Notes under the pieces: model-generated
Told to the model about the DNA's origin: nothing
The model's database searches: none
Seen by the model: only the letters and a program-made list of their open reading frames with translations
Made by a program: the position numbers and the translations under genes
Virus record (IMG/VR): IMGVR_UViG_3300048895_000139
Span: 1 to 26,184 of that record
Origin: a virus
Taxonomy: Duplodnaviria > Caudoviricetes
Direction: 5' to 3' (one strand)
DNA: 26,184 nucleotides
Shown: piece after piece, positions 1 to 8,025 of the stretch
Layout: each line of letters begins with the position of its first letter
Numbering within the stretch: the first letter of the stretch is position 1

Positions 1-64
1 ACGGCGACCGCGATCTGAAATCCGAAGTTTACCCAGGCCAGAACAAGCAATATTTCACACCGTT

Positions 65-274
65 TCATTGCCACCCTTGGCGCTCCCGAAGCTCGATAAG
101 GCTCCGAAGCGAGTGCAGGGTTATACCATCGAGAATGTGGGCGACGGCCCGCTCATCAGGATCAAGGTGCGGATACTTCGCCCGCAGCGCGCCGCTTTCG
201 CGAGCCCGGCTCAACGTCTCGCCGCAGACGTGAACAAGCAGATCGTGAATGTTGTCGATGTGCTGGATCGGCAT
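65..274 (-). CDS. hypothetical phage protein (69 aa)
   Basis: Start moved to the ATG at 274, which overlaps the upstream stop (TGATG) and follows GAGGAG. No recognisable motif. Confidence 0.65.
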   Translation of the reverse strand: MPIQHIDNIHDLLVHVCGETLSRARESGALRAKYPHLDPDERAVAHILDGITLHSLRSLIELRERQGWQ

Positions 275-498
275 CAGAGCCACTCCTCGTCGCCGCATAC
301 CCGGCAGCGGTAGATCGTGAACACGCTGCCCACGATCACCGCGCAGTCATGGCGCGTAGGGGCGCAGGGGGGCGTCGTGGCCCGCACCTTGTCCCAGTAT
401 TCGCATTCTAGCCGAACAGCCCGGCGCGCCGCCTTGTGGGCCTGTTCTCGGGCCTTCTCGATCGCGGCCAGGGCGGCGGTGCGATCTTCGGGGCTCAT
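274..498 (-). CDS. hypothetical protein with C-terminal Cys/His cluster (HDC...CRVCG), possible zinc ribbon
   Basis: TGATG coupling at 498 and 274. Confidence 0.65.
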   Translation of the reverse strand: MSPEDRTAALAAIEKAREQAHKAARRAVRLECEYWDKVRATTPPCAPTRHDCAVIVGSVFTIYRCRVCGDEEWL

Positions 499-770
499 CA
501 GAGCCACACCTCGACAATGACCGGGTCGTCGGCCGGGTCGCGCATCAGTTTTGTCAGGCCGAGCGCTTCGAGCACGTCCTGTAGAGGTTCAAGCTCGGGG
601 TGCTTCAGCGTGAAGTTCGTCGGCGTGTTCTGGGGCAGGGTCAGGTAGAGCCGGGCGACGAAATACTCCGGCTCATCGCTCGGGTGATCGGTGACGACGA
701 ACATAGGCAACTGCGAGCCGAGGGCGTGCAGCATCTTGGCCGTCTCCGCGAAGTCGAAGCCGCCGCTCAT
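498..770 (-). CDS. hypothetical phage protein (90 aa)
   Basis: ATGA overlap with the upstream gene; phage-like composition (DHPSDEPEYFVAR...DDPVIVEVWL). Confidence 0.75.
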   Translation of the reverse strand: MSGGFDFAETAKMLHALGSQLPMFVVTDHPSDEPEYFVARLYLTLPQNTPTNFTLKHPELEPLQDVLEALGLTKLMRDPADDPVIVEVWL

Positions 771-1396
771 GCTGGCACCAACTTCAGGGCGCGGCCGAGC
801 ATCCCCTCGAACATGGCCACCGCGTCGGGGCCGTCCAGTTCAGCGTAGCGCCGCAGGATCGGCTCGCCGCTCTCGATGCTGGCCATGACCTCGGCGCGCG
901 TCGCGGCCCGGCCTTCCGCGAACCATTCGAGGCGATGGGGGGTGCCGATCCTGAACAGCCACCCCTCATGCGAGCGCTCGGCCCGGTAGTGGCGGCAATG
1001 CCAGATCAGGGTCACGCCGGGGTTGCGCTCGATCATGATCCCCGGCGGCGGCTTGCCCTCTTCCATGGGGCGGCGCTTGGCCATCGGGCGGGTCAGGAAG
1101 GGGCAGGCCGTGGCGGCGAAGCGGGCGCAGTCGGGGTGCGACGGCGGCTCAGAGCTGACCCGGTTGACGGCGCACATGGGGCCGATGGGGAAGGCCCGCA
1201 CCGCGCCGCTGAAGGTCCGGCCGCACACCCAGCACAGCTTTTGCCGGTGGGCGTGTTCGACCTTGCGGGGATCGACCGCCCGGAACTCGGGCAGGCCGTC
1301 AATCCACGAGACGAAGAATGGGACCGGATAGCCGCGCGCATCGACCTTGAGCGCCTTGATCTGCGGCGGGGCGTCGGGAAAGCGGGAGATCACCAC
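767..1396 (-). CDS. hypothetical Cys/His-rich phage protein (209 aa)
   Basis: Motifs GYPVPFFV, CWVCG, HPDCARFAATACPFL; part of a chain of overlapping genes. Confidence 0.8.
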   Translation of the reverse strand: MVISRFPDAPPQIKALKVDARGYPVPFFVSWIDGLPEFRAVDPRKVEHAHRQKLCWVCGRTFSGAVRAFPIGPMCAVNRVSSEPPSHPDCARFAATACPFLTRPMAKRRPMEEGKPPPGIMIERNPGVTLIWHCRHYRAERSHEGWLFRIGTPHRLEWFAEGRAATRAEVMASIESGEPILRRYAELDGPDAVAMFEGMLGRALKLVPA

Positions 1397-1623
1397 GATT
1401 GGTCCTCGGCGAGCTTGAGAAAGACCAGCTTGTCGCCCCGGCGCTCGATCTCGGCGAACACCTTCGGGCGTTCATGAAGCTCCCGGCGAAGCCAGGACGG
1501 CAGGTCGGCGAAATGGACGATGGTCTGATGCGCCCGCCCTTCGGCATAGACCAAGATGTCGGGCTGCTTGCGCTTCATCGGGAAGTCGTACCCGGCCACC
1601 GGGCGCTGCACCTTGACGATCAT
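1390..1623 (-). CDS. hypothetical phage protein (77 aa)
   Basis: ATG start, AGGAGG upstream, overlaps the next gene. Confidence 0.7.
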   Translation of the reverse strand: MIVKVQRPVAGYDFPMKRKQPDILVYAEGRAHQTIVHFADLPSWLRRELHERPKVFAEIERRGDKLVFLKLAEDQSW

Positions 1624-1632
1624 CCTGGCCTC

Positions 1633-2019
1633 CTAGTTCAGCGTTCGCGGCGGCTCGTCGGGTGGCACCTCGCCGCGCAGCAGGGACATGCGTTCGACAT
1701 GGGCCGCGAAGAATTCCATGTCGGCCTTGCCCCATTCCTTCAGGCGGGCGGCGGCGGTCAGCCAGTCCCGGTGGGCGCGGACGCCGATCAGCATCAGGTT
1801 CGGAACCCAGATGAAGACCCAGGCGGTTTGGAGCACCAGGCCGAACGGCTTCCAGGCCGAGATCGCGGGAACGAACAGGCTGGCCAGCGTGAACGCCATG
1901 TAGGGGGGCAAGGTGAACAGGCAGAACAGGTTGTAGCGCCGCCCGACCTTGTTCAGCGTCTCGTCGGAGACCTCTTCGAAGAGCTTCAGGATCATGACGC
2001 GCTCTCCGTCCAGGGCCAC
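1633..2019 (-). CDS. small membrane protein (2 predicted TM helices)
   Basis: Hydrophobic stretches LFCLFTLPPYMAFTLASLFV and FGLVLQTAWVFIWVPNLMLIGV; start uncertain (2019 or 1995). Confidence 0.7.
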   Translation of the reverse strand: MALDGERVMILKLFEEVSDETLNKVGRRYNLFCLFTLPPYMAFTLASLFVPAISAWKPFGLVLQTAWVFIWVPNLMLIGVRAHRDWLTAAARLKEWGKADMEFFAAHVERMSLLRGEVPPDEPPRTLN

Positions 2020-2219
2020 GCCTGATCGGGAAGCTCGCGCTCAAGGGCGAACGCGAGCGCCGCCGCCGAAGCCGGGCAACCGCCACCGAGCAGGAAGCCG
2101 ATCCCGAGAACCGCGTTCGTCAGGATCAAAAGCCTCCGCTCTTCGGGTCCGGCCTGGGCGATCTCCTCGCGGTGCTTTCGGAAGCGCGCGACGACGCCCT
2201 CGTTGGTGATCTCCATCAT
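1992..2219 (-). CDS. hypothetical protein (75 aa)
   Basis: GGAGG RBS, ATGA overlap with the upstream gene. Confidence 0.6.
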   Translation of the reverse strand: MMEITNEGVVARFRKHREEIAQAGPEERRLLILTNAVLGIGFLLGGGCPASAAALAFALERELPDQAWPWTESAS

Positions 2220-2590
2220 TCCGGCCTCCCTAGCACCGCCAGGAAGGCGGGCGGCAGTTCACAGTTCGGCGGCGCGTTGCGGAAGAGCGGCGCGATCTCT
2301 TCCGGGCTGTAACCGGCGAGGCCGCAGCCGATCGGCGTCACCTCGAACCGGCGGCGCGAATAGATCACCTCGGCCTGGGCCAGGAAGGCGGCGACGTAGA
2401 GGCCGATTTCCGAGAGCGGCAGAACCTCTAGGTGATAGCCCTTGGTCGGGATGGCCCAGCTGTCGCCCTGGAGGCCGACGCCCTTGCCATAGATCGCGCC
2501 GCGCTCGCGCAGGGCGAACGCCGCCGCGCCCTTGCCGTGGCGACCGGCGAGGTTGGAGCCGAAAACGAAGATCGGGGTCTCGTCGCTCAT
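2216..2590 (-). CDS. macro-domain-like phage protein (A1S_2505-type, IFVFGSNxxGxHGxGAA family)
   Basis: Motifs IFVFGSNLAGRHGKGAA, GLQGDSWAIPTK and VTPIGCGLAG; the last resembles the macro-domain diphosphate-binding loop. Confidence 0.8.
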   Translation of the reverse strand: MSDETPIFVFGSNLAGRHGKGAAAFALRERGAIYGKGVGLQGDSWAIPTKGYHLEVLPLSEIGLYVAAFLAQAEVIYSRRRFEVTPIGCGLAGYSPEEIAPLFRNAPPNCELPPAFLAVLGRPE

Positions 2591-2778
2591 TGCAGGGTCC
2601 TCGCCTGGGCGTCGGCCTGTTCGTATTGCCGAAGGCTGGCCCGCATGTTCAGCAGGAACGTGACCAACGGCGGCGGCAGATCGGTTGAGGCCGCGAGTTG
2701 CTCGTCGGTCAGATGGGCGACCGGTTCGACCGTCATCCGGCAGGCGTCCACGAAGCGGCTGAAGGGACGGCTAGGCAT
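2587..2778 (-). CDS. hypothetical protein (63 aa)
   Basis: Start moved to ATG 2778 (MPSRPF), overlapping the end of the upstream gene. Confidence 0.55.
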   Translation of the reverse strand: MPSRPFSRFVDACRMTVEPVAHLTDEQLAASTDLPPPLVTFLLNMRASLRQYEQADAQARTLQ

Positions 2779-3031
2779 CGTCAGGCCTCGCGGCTGGAGG
2801 GTCCGAAGGGTGGGGCAACGGATCGGCCCCCAGCACCGCCCTGAAGGCGTTGACCGCGTCGCCCGCCTCGTCATCGGTCTGCACGGCCATTTCGCCCATA
2901 CGCTGATAGAGCAGCGGCGGGGTGTTCGGCGGCAGGGCTCGATAGGCGCACTGCCAGCGCGTCGCGACGGCGACCTTCGTCACCACGGCTTCGAGCAGGT
3001 AGAGCATGGCGTCGCGGTCAGCGTCAGTCAT
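2771..3031 (-). CDS. hypothetical protein (86 aa)
   Basis: Start moved to ATG 3031 (ATGA overlap, GGAGG RBS). Confidence 0.65.
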   Translation of the reverse strand: MTDADRDAMLYLLEAVVTKVAVATRWQCAYRALPPNTPPLLYQRMGEMAVQTDDEAGDAVNAFRAVLGADPLPHPSDPPAARPDDA

Positions 3032-4197
3032 GCCGCCTCCTGCTCCTTGGCCGTCCACATCGGCTCCGGCCATTCGACGCCCAGGCCGCGCCAGTAGGAC
3101 ATCGCCGCCCGAACGAACTCGACCGACTGTTTCATCTGCTCGGCGATGGCCTTCGGGCCGTGGCCCTTCAGCCGGAGGTCCCGAACCTCGATCCGCGACG
3201 CCTCGTAGGCTTCAAGGCTTTTGAAGCCCCATTTCTTCGCGGCGATGATCCGCGCCGCCTGCGCGCTGGCCGGGCCGTTTTTGTTGCCGGGCTTGGACGG
3301 CGGCAGCAGGGAGGCTTTGACCGGTTCAGGCGTCGGTTCTTGCGCCTCGTCGTCGCGGCCTAGCAGCGCCTTGGCCTCGGCGGCGTAGTGCGCTGACTGC
3401 GCTTCGCTCATCAGGCTTCGACCGACCTTGGCCAGGAGCCCGTAAACCTGAAAGGCGCTGATCCTCATGTCGATCGAGACCTTGACCGGCTTCTCGCCCG
3501 CATCGATCCGCCGGAGGACTTCGTAGCGTTGGGCGATGTACTGCCGGAGCGTCATGTTGTGCCGGGCGGCGGCGTTGGACATCGTCGTGTGGGACCGGCT
3601 GTCGAGCGGGCCGATCCCGGCCATGGAGCCCTCGGCCTTGACCGACAGTGTCGGAAGCAGCTTCGGGTTATCCCAGATCGGCGAGGCGGGGTCTTCCCAC
3701 CAGTACGGGGGCGGCGGGATGGGCACCCCTTCGAGCTTCCGGCCCTTTCGCGGGTCGCCCTTGGCCTTGCTCTTGGTCTTGGCGTTTCCCGGCTTAACGA
3801 TCGCGTCGCCTGGAAACTCTAGCCCGCCCTCTTTTCGAGCCTTGTTCTTGAGCCGCTCGACCAGCCCGACTGAAGACCCGAGGTCGGCGGCGATCGAGGC
3901 CGACGCCTCGCCACGCAGCGCCCGTTCGATGATCTGGCCCTCGGCGCTGGCCGACTTCAGGTCCTCGGTGAACGGGCTCGCTAGGCGTTTCGGAGCCGCT
4001 GGAGCGAGCCGCTCCGGTTGCCCCGCTCCGAAAGGGGCGTCTGCGATCCAGCCGCAATGTCGGGCGATGACCTGAACGTGCGTGACCGCGCTGTCCCGAA
4101 GCTCGCCCGGCGGGATGGCCGAGAACGCTTCCACCAATTCAGCCGCGCCAGGGAGCGCGAAGAACTGGGCCATTTGCAGGGGATCAATGCGCGACAT
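3028..4197 (-). CDS. putative multi-HTH DNA-binding protein (389 aa) with an N-terminal segment resembling the C-terminal domain of alphaproteobacterial XRE regulators
   Basis: AGGAG RBS. Three HTH-like segments: IIERALRGEASASIAADLGSSVGLV, VLRRIDAGEKPVKVSIDMRISAFQV, VRDLRLKGHGPKAIAEQMKQSVEFV. The ORF is solid; the function is inferred. Confidence 0.7.
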   Translation of the reverse strand: MSRIDPLQMAQFFALPGAAELVEAFSAIPPGELRDSAVTHVQVIARHCGWIADAPFGAGQPERLAPAAPKRLASPFTEDLKSASAEGQIIERALRGEASASIAADLGSSVGLVERLKNKARKEGGLEFPGDAIVKPGNAKTKSKAKGDPRKGRKLEGVPIPPPPYWWEDPASPIWDNPKLLPTLSVKAEGSMAGIGPLDSRSHTTMSNAAARHNMTLRQYIAQRYEVLRRIDAGEKPVKVSIDMRISAFQVYGLLAKVGRSLMSEAQSAHYAAEAKALLGRDDEAQEPTPEPVKASLLPPSKPGNKNGPASAQAARIIAAKKWGFKSLEAYEASRIEVRDLRLKGHGPKAIAEQMKQSVEFVRAAMSYWRGLGVEWPEPMWTAKEQEAA

Positions 4198-4576
4198 GGA
4201 CGCGCTCCTCCTGGCTGCGCTTGATCGACCTTACAGGCTTCTCGGCCTGCTTCGGGGCGGCGGTCGGAGCCCAGGTCTTCGTCCATCCGCAGGCCATGGC
4301 GACGATTGTCATGGTGTAGTTCTGAGGTCGTCTGACTGAGCCGTAGAGCCAGCCCATGATCGTGTAACGGGAGACCTTGTGGCCGAGCTTTTCGGTCTCA
4401 TGCTCGATGTCCTCGGGGGACATGCCGGTCTCGCCGATTATGCCCACGATGAGGTCCATGTCCGGGTCTTTGTCCAACCACGAGTAAGCGAAGTAGTTCG
4501 GCGTGGTGGGGATGAAGTTCGGCCGACGAGGGGCGGCGCGCTGAGACTTTTTGGTGTAACCCGACTGATCTGACAC
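4184..4576 (-). CDS. putative XRE/Cro-like HTH protein (130 aa)
   Basis: GMSPEDIEHET...VSRYTIMGWLYGSVRRPQNYTMTIVAMACG fits the XRE pattern; GTG start with GGAG upstream. Confidence 0.65.
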   Translation of the reverse strand: MSDQSGYTKKSQRAAPRRPNFIPTTPNYFAYSWLDKDPDMDLIVGIIGETGMSPEDIEHETEKLGHKVSRYTIMGWLYGSVRRPQNYTMTIVAMACGWTKTWAPTAAPKQAEKPVRSIKRSQEERVHVAH

Positions 4577-4599
4577 GCGATCTTCTCCGATCTAATGGA

Positions 4600-4615
4600 G
4601 GGCGAACTTTCGCCC
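4600..4615. promoter_or_regulatory. palindromic operator-like site GGGCGAA-CT-TTCGCCC
   Basis: Its 12-bp core is the reverse complement of GCGAAAGTTCGC at 7952-7963 and 7987-7998. Confidence 0.7.
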
Positions 4616-4659
4616 CCTGGTGGCATGAACTCCCATTCCGGGCCTGCTGGCAAGCTTGC

Positions 4660-4710
4660 AAGCGCAGCGCGAGTGCGTCGCTGGACTGTCAATAGGGTGA
4701 ATACCCTAGA
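4660..4710 (-). promoter_or_regulatory. putative internal leftward promoter (-35 TTGACA) with adjacent inverted repeat TAGGGT-GAAT-ACCCTA
   Basis: TTGACA on the minus strand at 4692-4687, inverted repeat at 4693-4708, in a 140-bp intergenic gap; -10 is weak. Confidence 0.5.
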
Positions 4711-4718
4711 GATCGACT

Positions 4719-4934
4719 TTAAAGGCGCTTAGTCGGAGCCCCTCCGGCGGCGTTTTTATGCTTGTCGCAGTAAGCAGACTTCACCGCCCTCGACTCACCG
4801 CAGACGACCATGTCGGCCCCCGCGCCGGAGATTGGCCACAGGCACAGCCGCCCGGCGGCTTCGATGAACGGGACGCCAGGAAGCCGAGCGGCCTCGGGGC
4901 GGATCGGGGCGGGTCGGTGGCCATGATGGCTCAT
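4719..4934 (-). CDS. gcrA: GcrA-like protein, C-terminal Cys/His domain only (71 aa)
   Basis: CLWPISG...CGESRAVKSAYCDKH matches the GcrA C-terminal pattern CxWPxG...CG....xYCxxH; the N-terminal HTH is absent. Confidence 0.75.
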   Translation of the reverse strand: MSHHGHRPAPIRPEAARLPGVPFIEAAGRLCLWPISGAGADMVVCGESRAVKSAYCDKHKNAAGGAPTKRL

Positions 4935-5200
4935 GCTGCATCCTCCGTTCTGACCGGCGCGTAGACATAGGTCTGTCCGCTTTCGCCGGGGATCAGGGTG
5001 TCCAGGCTGACCAGCAGGCCGAGCCGTTCAAGCCGTCCGCAGACGTTCGGGTCGGCGCTCCGGCCGCTGTCGAACCACGTCCAGAAAGCGCCATGCGCGG
5101 CGTCGGCGCTCATGGTCTTCATCAGCACCGCGCCGCCGCGCAGGCGCTTCTCGGTTAGGTGTCGAACGCGGGTCATTTGACTGCTCCGGGTTTCTTTCAC
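4931..5200 (-). CDS. hypothetical protein (possible winged-helix-like)
   Basis: ATGA coupling to the gcrA-like gene; start may be ATG 5176 because the GTG at 5200 lies in an iteron half-site. Confidence 0.6.
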   Translation of the reverse strand: MKETRSSQMTRVRHLTEKRLRGGAVLMKTMSADAAHGAFWTWFDSGRSADPNVCGRLERLGLLVSLDTLIPGESGQTYVYAPVRTEDAA

Positions 5201-5359
5201 AGGGGTCGTTTTTGGGGGTCGAAAAAGGGGGGTGAAAGATTGAAGTGAAAGATTGCTGAAGTCGTGGAAAAACCGACACTTAGCTTTTCATGTTCCTAGC
5301 CTGTTCCGCCAATCTTTCACTTCTTTCACCCCTATAGAGAGGGGGCCGGTGAAAGATTG
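5193..5359. repeat. iteron array GTGAAAGATTG, putative replication origin
   Basis: Full copies at 5232-5242 (+), 5245-5255 (+), 5310-5320 (-), 5349-5359 (+); partial TCTTTCAC at 5193-5200 and 5322-5329; relatively AT-rich; directly downstream of the primase-helicase. Confidence 0.75.
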
Positions 5360-5362
5360 GCC

Positions 5363-7186
5363 CTAGTCGTCGTCCTTTTCGTCGGTTCGTGGGCGGAACG
5401 GGACCACGACATCGCCGTCGATCTCGGTCTCGGGCAGGCCGTATTTCCCCCGCCCGGCCTTGATGACTTCGCCAGCCTTGAGCATTCGGAAAAGCTGCAC
5501 ATCGACCACGCTGCGCTTCAGCCCGGTCTGGGAGGCGATCTCGCTGACGGTCATGAACCAGCCCGCGTCGCGCATGTGCCGGATGATCTTCCGCCGGTTC
5601 TCAGAGGTGCGGTTCTCGCCCGCCTCGCCGAGCAAGGACCAGCGGCAGCTTTCCTTCTCGAATTTCATGGCCATCTCGAACTCTTCGATGTCGCGGCCCC
5701 GGCCCTTGAAGACCGTCGCGCCCTCGGCTTGGCGTTCGAGAACCATGACCGCGTCGCATCCGCCGGTCAGGCCGTTCGTGCCGCTGATGCTTTCGAGGTA
5801 GTCGTCGGCGGCGGACTTGCGGGTGTGGTGGATCAGAATAATTGCGATCCCGAACTCGCCCGCGAGCCGCTGAAGGGTGGTCGCCGATCTGTAATCATAG
5901 CTGTAAGGGTCTTCGTCGCGGTTCCGGTCGGGGCGGATATAGTTCAGCGTGTCGATGATAATCATGCGCGGTTTGGGCTTGGACTTCAGCCAGTCCCGCA
6001 GCCGGTCCTCGCAGCCGTTCCCGAGCCGGGGAAGGTCGTCGCCGAACCAGACCGTCAACCGCTCCGGCGCGCGCTTGGCCAGTTGGCAGACGATCTGAAG
6101 CCGGGACTTCATCCGGCGCGGGCTGTCTTCCAGGGCGCAATACAGGACATCGCCCTCGGCGCACTTCTGATCGCCCAGCGTGAAGCCGCCGGTCGCCACC
6201 GCGCAACACAGGTCCAGGGCGAGCCACGACTTGCCGCGCTTCGGAGCCCCGGCCAGGAGCGTCAGCCCCTCGGCGATGTAGCCTGGCACCGCGAAGTTGA
6301 TCGGGGGAAAGACCATGTTCCACAGGTCCGTCGCCCGGTACCCGCGAGGCGGCGGTCCCTCATCCATCATTTCGATGGTCGCCGGGTCGCCCCCGGCCGC
6401 GAGGAAGTCGTAGACATCGCCCCCGGAGGCCAGCCCTGGCAGATGAATGACCCTGACCGAGGCCGCGACACCTTCGAGGTTCTTTTTGACCTTGGCGGCG
6501 TGTTTCTGGCCCGGCTCGTCGTTGTCGGCCAGGACGATGACCTTCGCGCCCTCGAACCACTTGGCGAAATGATCCGGCCACTTGCCCGCGCCCCCCGGCG
6601 AACAGGTCGCCGGGTATCCGGTGCCGATCAAGGAGAGCGCGCCCTTCTCGCCCTCGGTGATGAACACCGTCCGGCCCAGCGCTATGGCTTCGATCAGGTC
6701 GCCCAGGCGGAACGGGACCTTGTCCGCGTCCGCGATCCCGCCCCAGTCCCAGCCGCCGCGACCGTCGGGCTTCTGCTGTAGGAATTTCTTCGCCTTGGTC
6801 CGGTTTACCAACAGGACCGGCGCGCCCTCGGCGTCGGCGTACTCGTATTTCGCCACGATCGGATCGCGGGGATTGCTGGCCTTGCCGTTCCCCGGCTTGA
6901 AGGCGGGGAGGCCAAGCTCGGCCCGCGCCCAGTCCTTAAGCCGGATCGGGTCGTCATCCTTCGGCGAGAAGGACAGGACCCAGAACCCGCCCGAGGCGTC
7001 GTCGTCCAGGCCGATCGTCAGCGAGGCGTCGCCCGCCGAATGGTCCGGGCCGGGACAGCGGACAACCTGCTGGCCCTTGTCGTCCACGCCGATCTTGCCT
7101 TTGAGCCGGGCGGCGATGTCCGCGAGCGAAAGCCGAGGCCGGAAAGGCTCGATGGTTCCGTCATCCCTGCCGTTGCCCAGTGCCAT
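5363..7186 (-). CDS. DNA primase-helicase (TOPRIM + RepA/AAA_25-type helicase, C-terminal winged helix)
   Basis: TOPRIM motifs ITEGEKGA and LADNDEPG; Walker A GAPKRGKS; Walker B IIIDTL; IHHTRK; SGT; C-terminal MTVSEIASQTGLKRSVV. Confidence 0.92.
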   Translation of the reverse strand: MALGNGRDDGTIEPFRPRLSLADIAARLKGKIGVDDKGQQVVRCPGPDHSAGDASLTIGLDDDASGGFWVLSFSPKDDDPIRLKDWARAELGLPAFKPGNGKASNPRDPIVAKYEYADAEGAPVLLVNRTKAKKFLQQKPDGRGGWDWGGIADADKVPFRLGDLIEAIALGRTVFITEGEKGALSLIGTGYPATCSPGGAGKWPDHFAKWFEGAKVIVLADNDEPGQKHAAKVKKNLEGVAASVRVIHLPGLASGGDVYDFLAAGGDPATIEMMDEGPPPRGYRATDLWNMVFPPINFAVPGYIAEGLTLLAGAPKRGKSWLALDLCCAVATGGFTLGDQKCAEGDVLYCALEDSPRRMKSRLQIVCQLAKRAPERLTVWFGDDLPRLGNGCEDRLRDWLKSKPKPRMIIIDTLNYIRPDRNRDEDPYSYDYRSATTLQRLAGEFGIAIILIHHTRKSAADDYLESISGTNGLTGGCDAVMVLERQAEGATVFKGRGRDIEEFEMAMKFEKESCRWSLLGEAGENRTSENRRKIIRHMRDAGWFMTVSEIASQTGLKRSVVDVQLFRMLKAGEVIKAGRGKYGLPETEIDGDVVVPFRPRTDEKDDD

Positions 7187-7196
7187 CGCCGGAACC

Positions 7197-7709
7197 TCAC
7201 GCTGATTGTTGGACTTGGCGCACCGGGAGCCGGTTCGCGCCGTGCAGCGCGATCAGCGCCGCCTCGGCCCGGCCGTGGTCTTTGACCCGCGACCATTGAT
7301 CGGACCACTTGGGGAAGATCGCCGACGCCCGGACCCGGCTGGCGTCCTTGTCCCCGGTTACGCGGAGCGCCTGTTTCCAGCCCGCCGCTGTGACCGTTTC
7401 CGTGGGGATGAAGTTCGCCGCCAGGACGCCGCGAACGATCCCTAGGCCCATCCAGAACGTCGCGGCCCCCACGCGCCCGTTCTGGGGCCGCACGCCGCCC
7501 TGTTCGATGATCGCGGCGGCGAGGGGTTCACCGGCCACGGTCAGCCGGGCGTCGATCTCGCGGGCGAGGCTGTAGGCGTCGAGGTGCGAGCGCTTGCCGA
7601 TCATCTGGGTCGGGATGTCGAGGCATTCCAGGGCGACCGGCAGGCCGTCCACGATCGTCAGGAAGCAGAGCGCGCCCGTGCTGCCTGGATCGATCCCAAG
7701 GACCCGCAC
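7197..7709 (-). CDS. RuvC-like Holliday junction resolvase
   Basis: VLGIDPGSTGA, IIEQ, WKQAL, KDASR, DHGRAEAALIA. Confidence 0.88.
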   Translation of the reverse strand: MRVLGIDPGSTGALCFLTIVDGLPVALECLDIPTQMIGKRSHLDAYSLAREIDARLTVAGEPLAAAIIEQGGVRPQNGRVGAATFWMGLGIVRGVLAANFIPTETVTAAGWKQALRVTGDKDASRVRASAIFPKWSDQWSRVKDHGRAEAALIALHGANRLPVRQVQQSA

Positions 7710-7713
7710 GGCG

Positions 7714-7920
7714 TCACGCGGCCGAGGACGAACGGGCGTCGATGCGCTCGGCGGCGGCGATCAGCTTCAAGCAGGTGGGCAGGCTCTTCAGTTCCCAATC
7801 GCGGTCGCGGAACGACCGGACCGTGGTGATCGGGATACCGGCCTCGCGCGCCAGACGCGCCGGACCAACCCGCGCCGCGACGGCGGCGACCCGCCTCATG
7901 CCTTCGTCAAGGTTTTCCAT
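7714..7920 (-). CDS. Cro-like HTH regulator (68 aa)
   Basis: GPARLAREAGIPITTVRSF HTH; first gene of the leftward operon at the divergence point. Confidence 0.8.
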   Translation of the reverse strand: MENLDEGMRRVAAVAARVGPARLAREAGIPITTVRSFRDRDWELKSLPTCLKLIAAAERIDARSSSAA

Positions 7921-7949
7921 GGTTGCGCTTGCTACTCATCTAAACCGGG

Positions 7950-8000
7950 AGGCGAAAGTTCGCCTTGACGGGCTCTAAATACAAGAGCGAAAGTTCGCTC
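7950..8000. promoter_or_regulatory. divergent control region: two palindromic operator-like sites flanking a rightward -35 (TTGACG)
   Basis: AGGCGAA-AG-TTCGCCT at 7950-7965, TTGACG at 7965-7970, GAGCGAA-AG-TTCGCTC at 7985-8000, which covers the expected -10. Confidence 0.75.
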
Positions 8001-8025
8001 CCTGGTTAAACCCCGAGAATTCGCC

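Noticed and set aside
5357-6781. 474-aa plus-strand ORF
   Set aside because: Antisense shadow of the primase-helicase; expected in high-GC DNA; no motifs.
7921-8025. CtrA box in the control region
   Set aside because: Only a single TTAA half-site (~8006); no TTAA-N7-TTAA.
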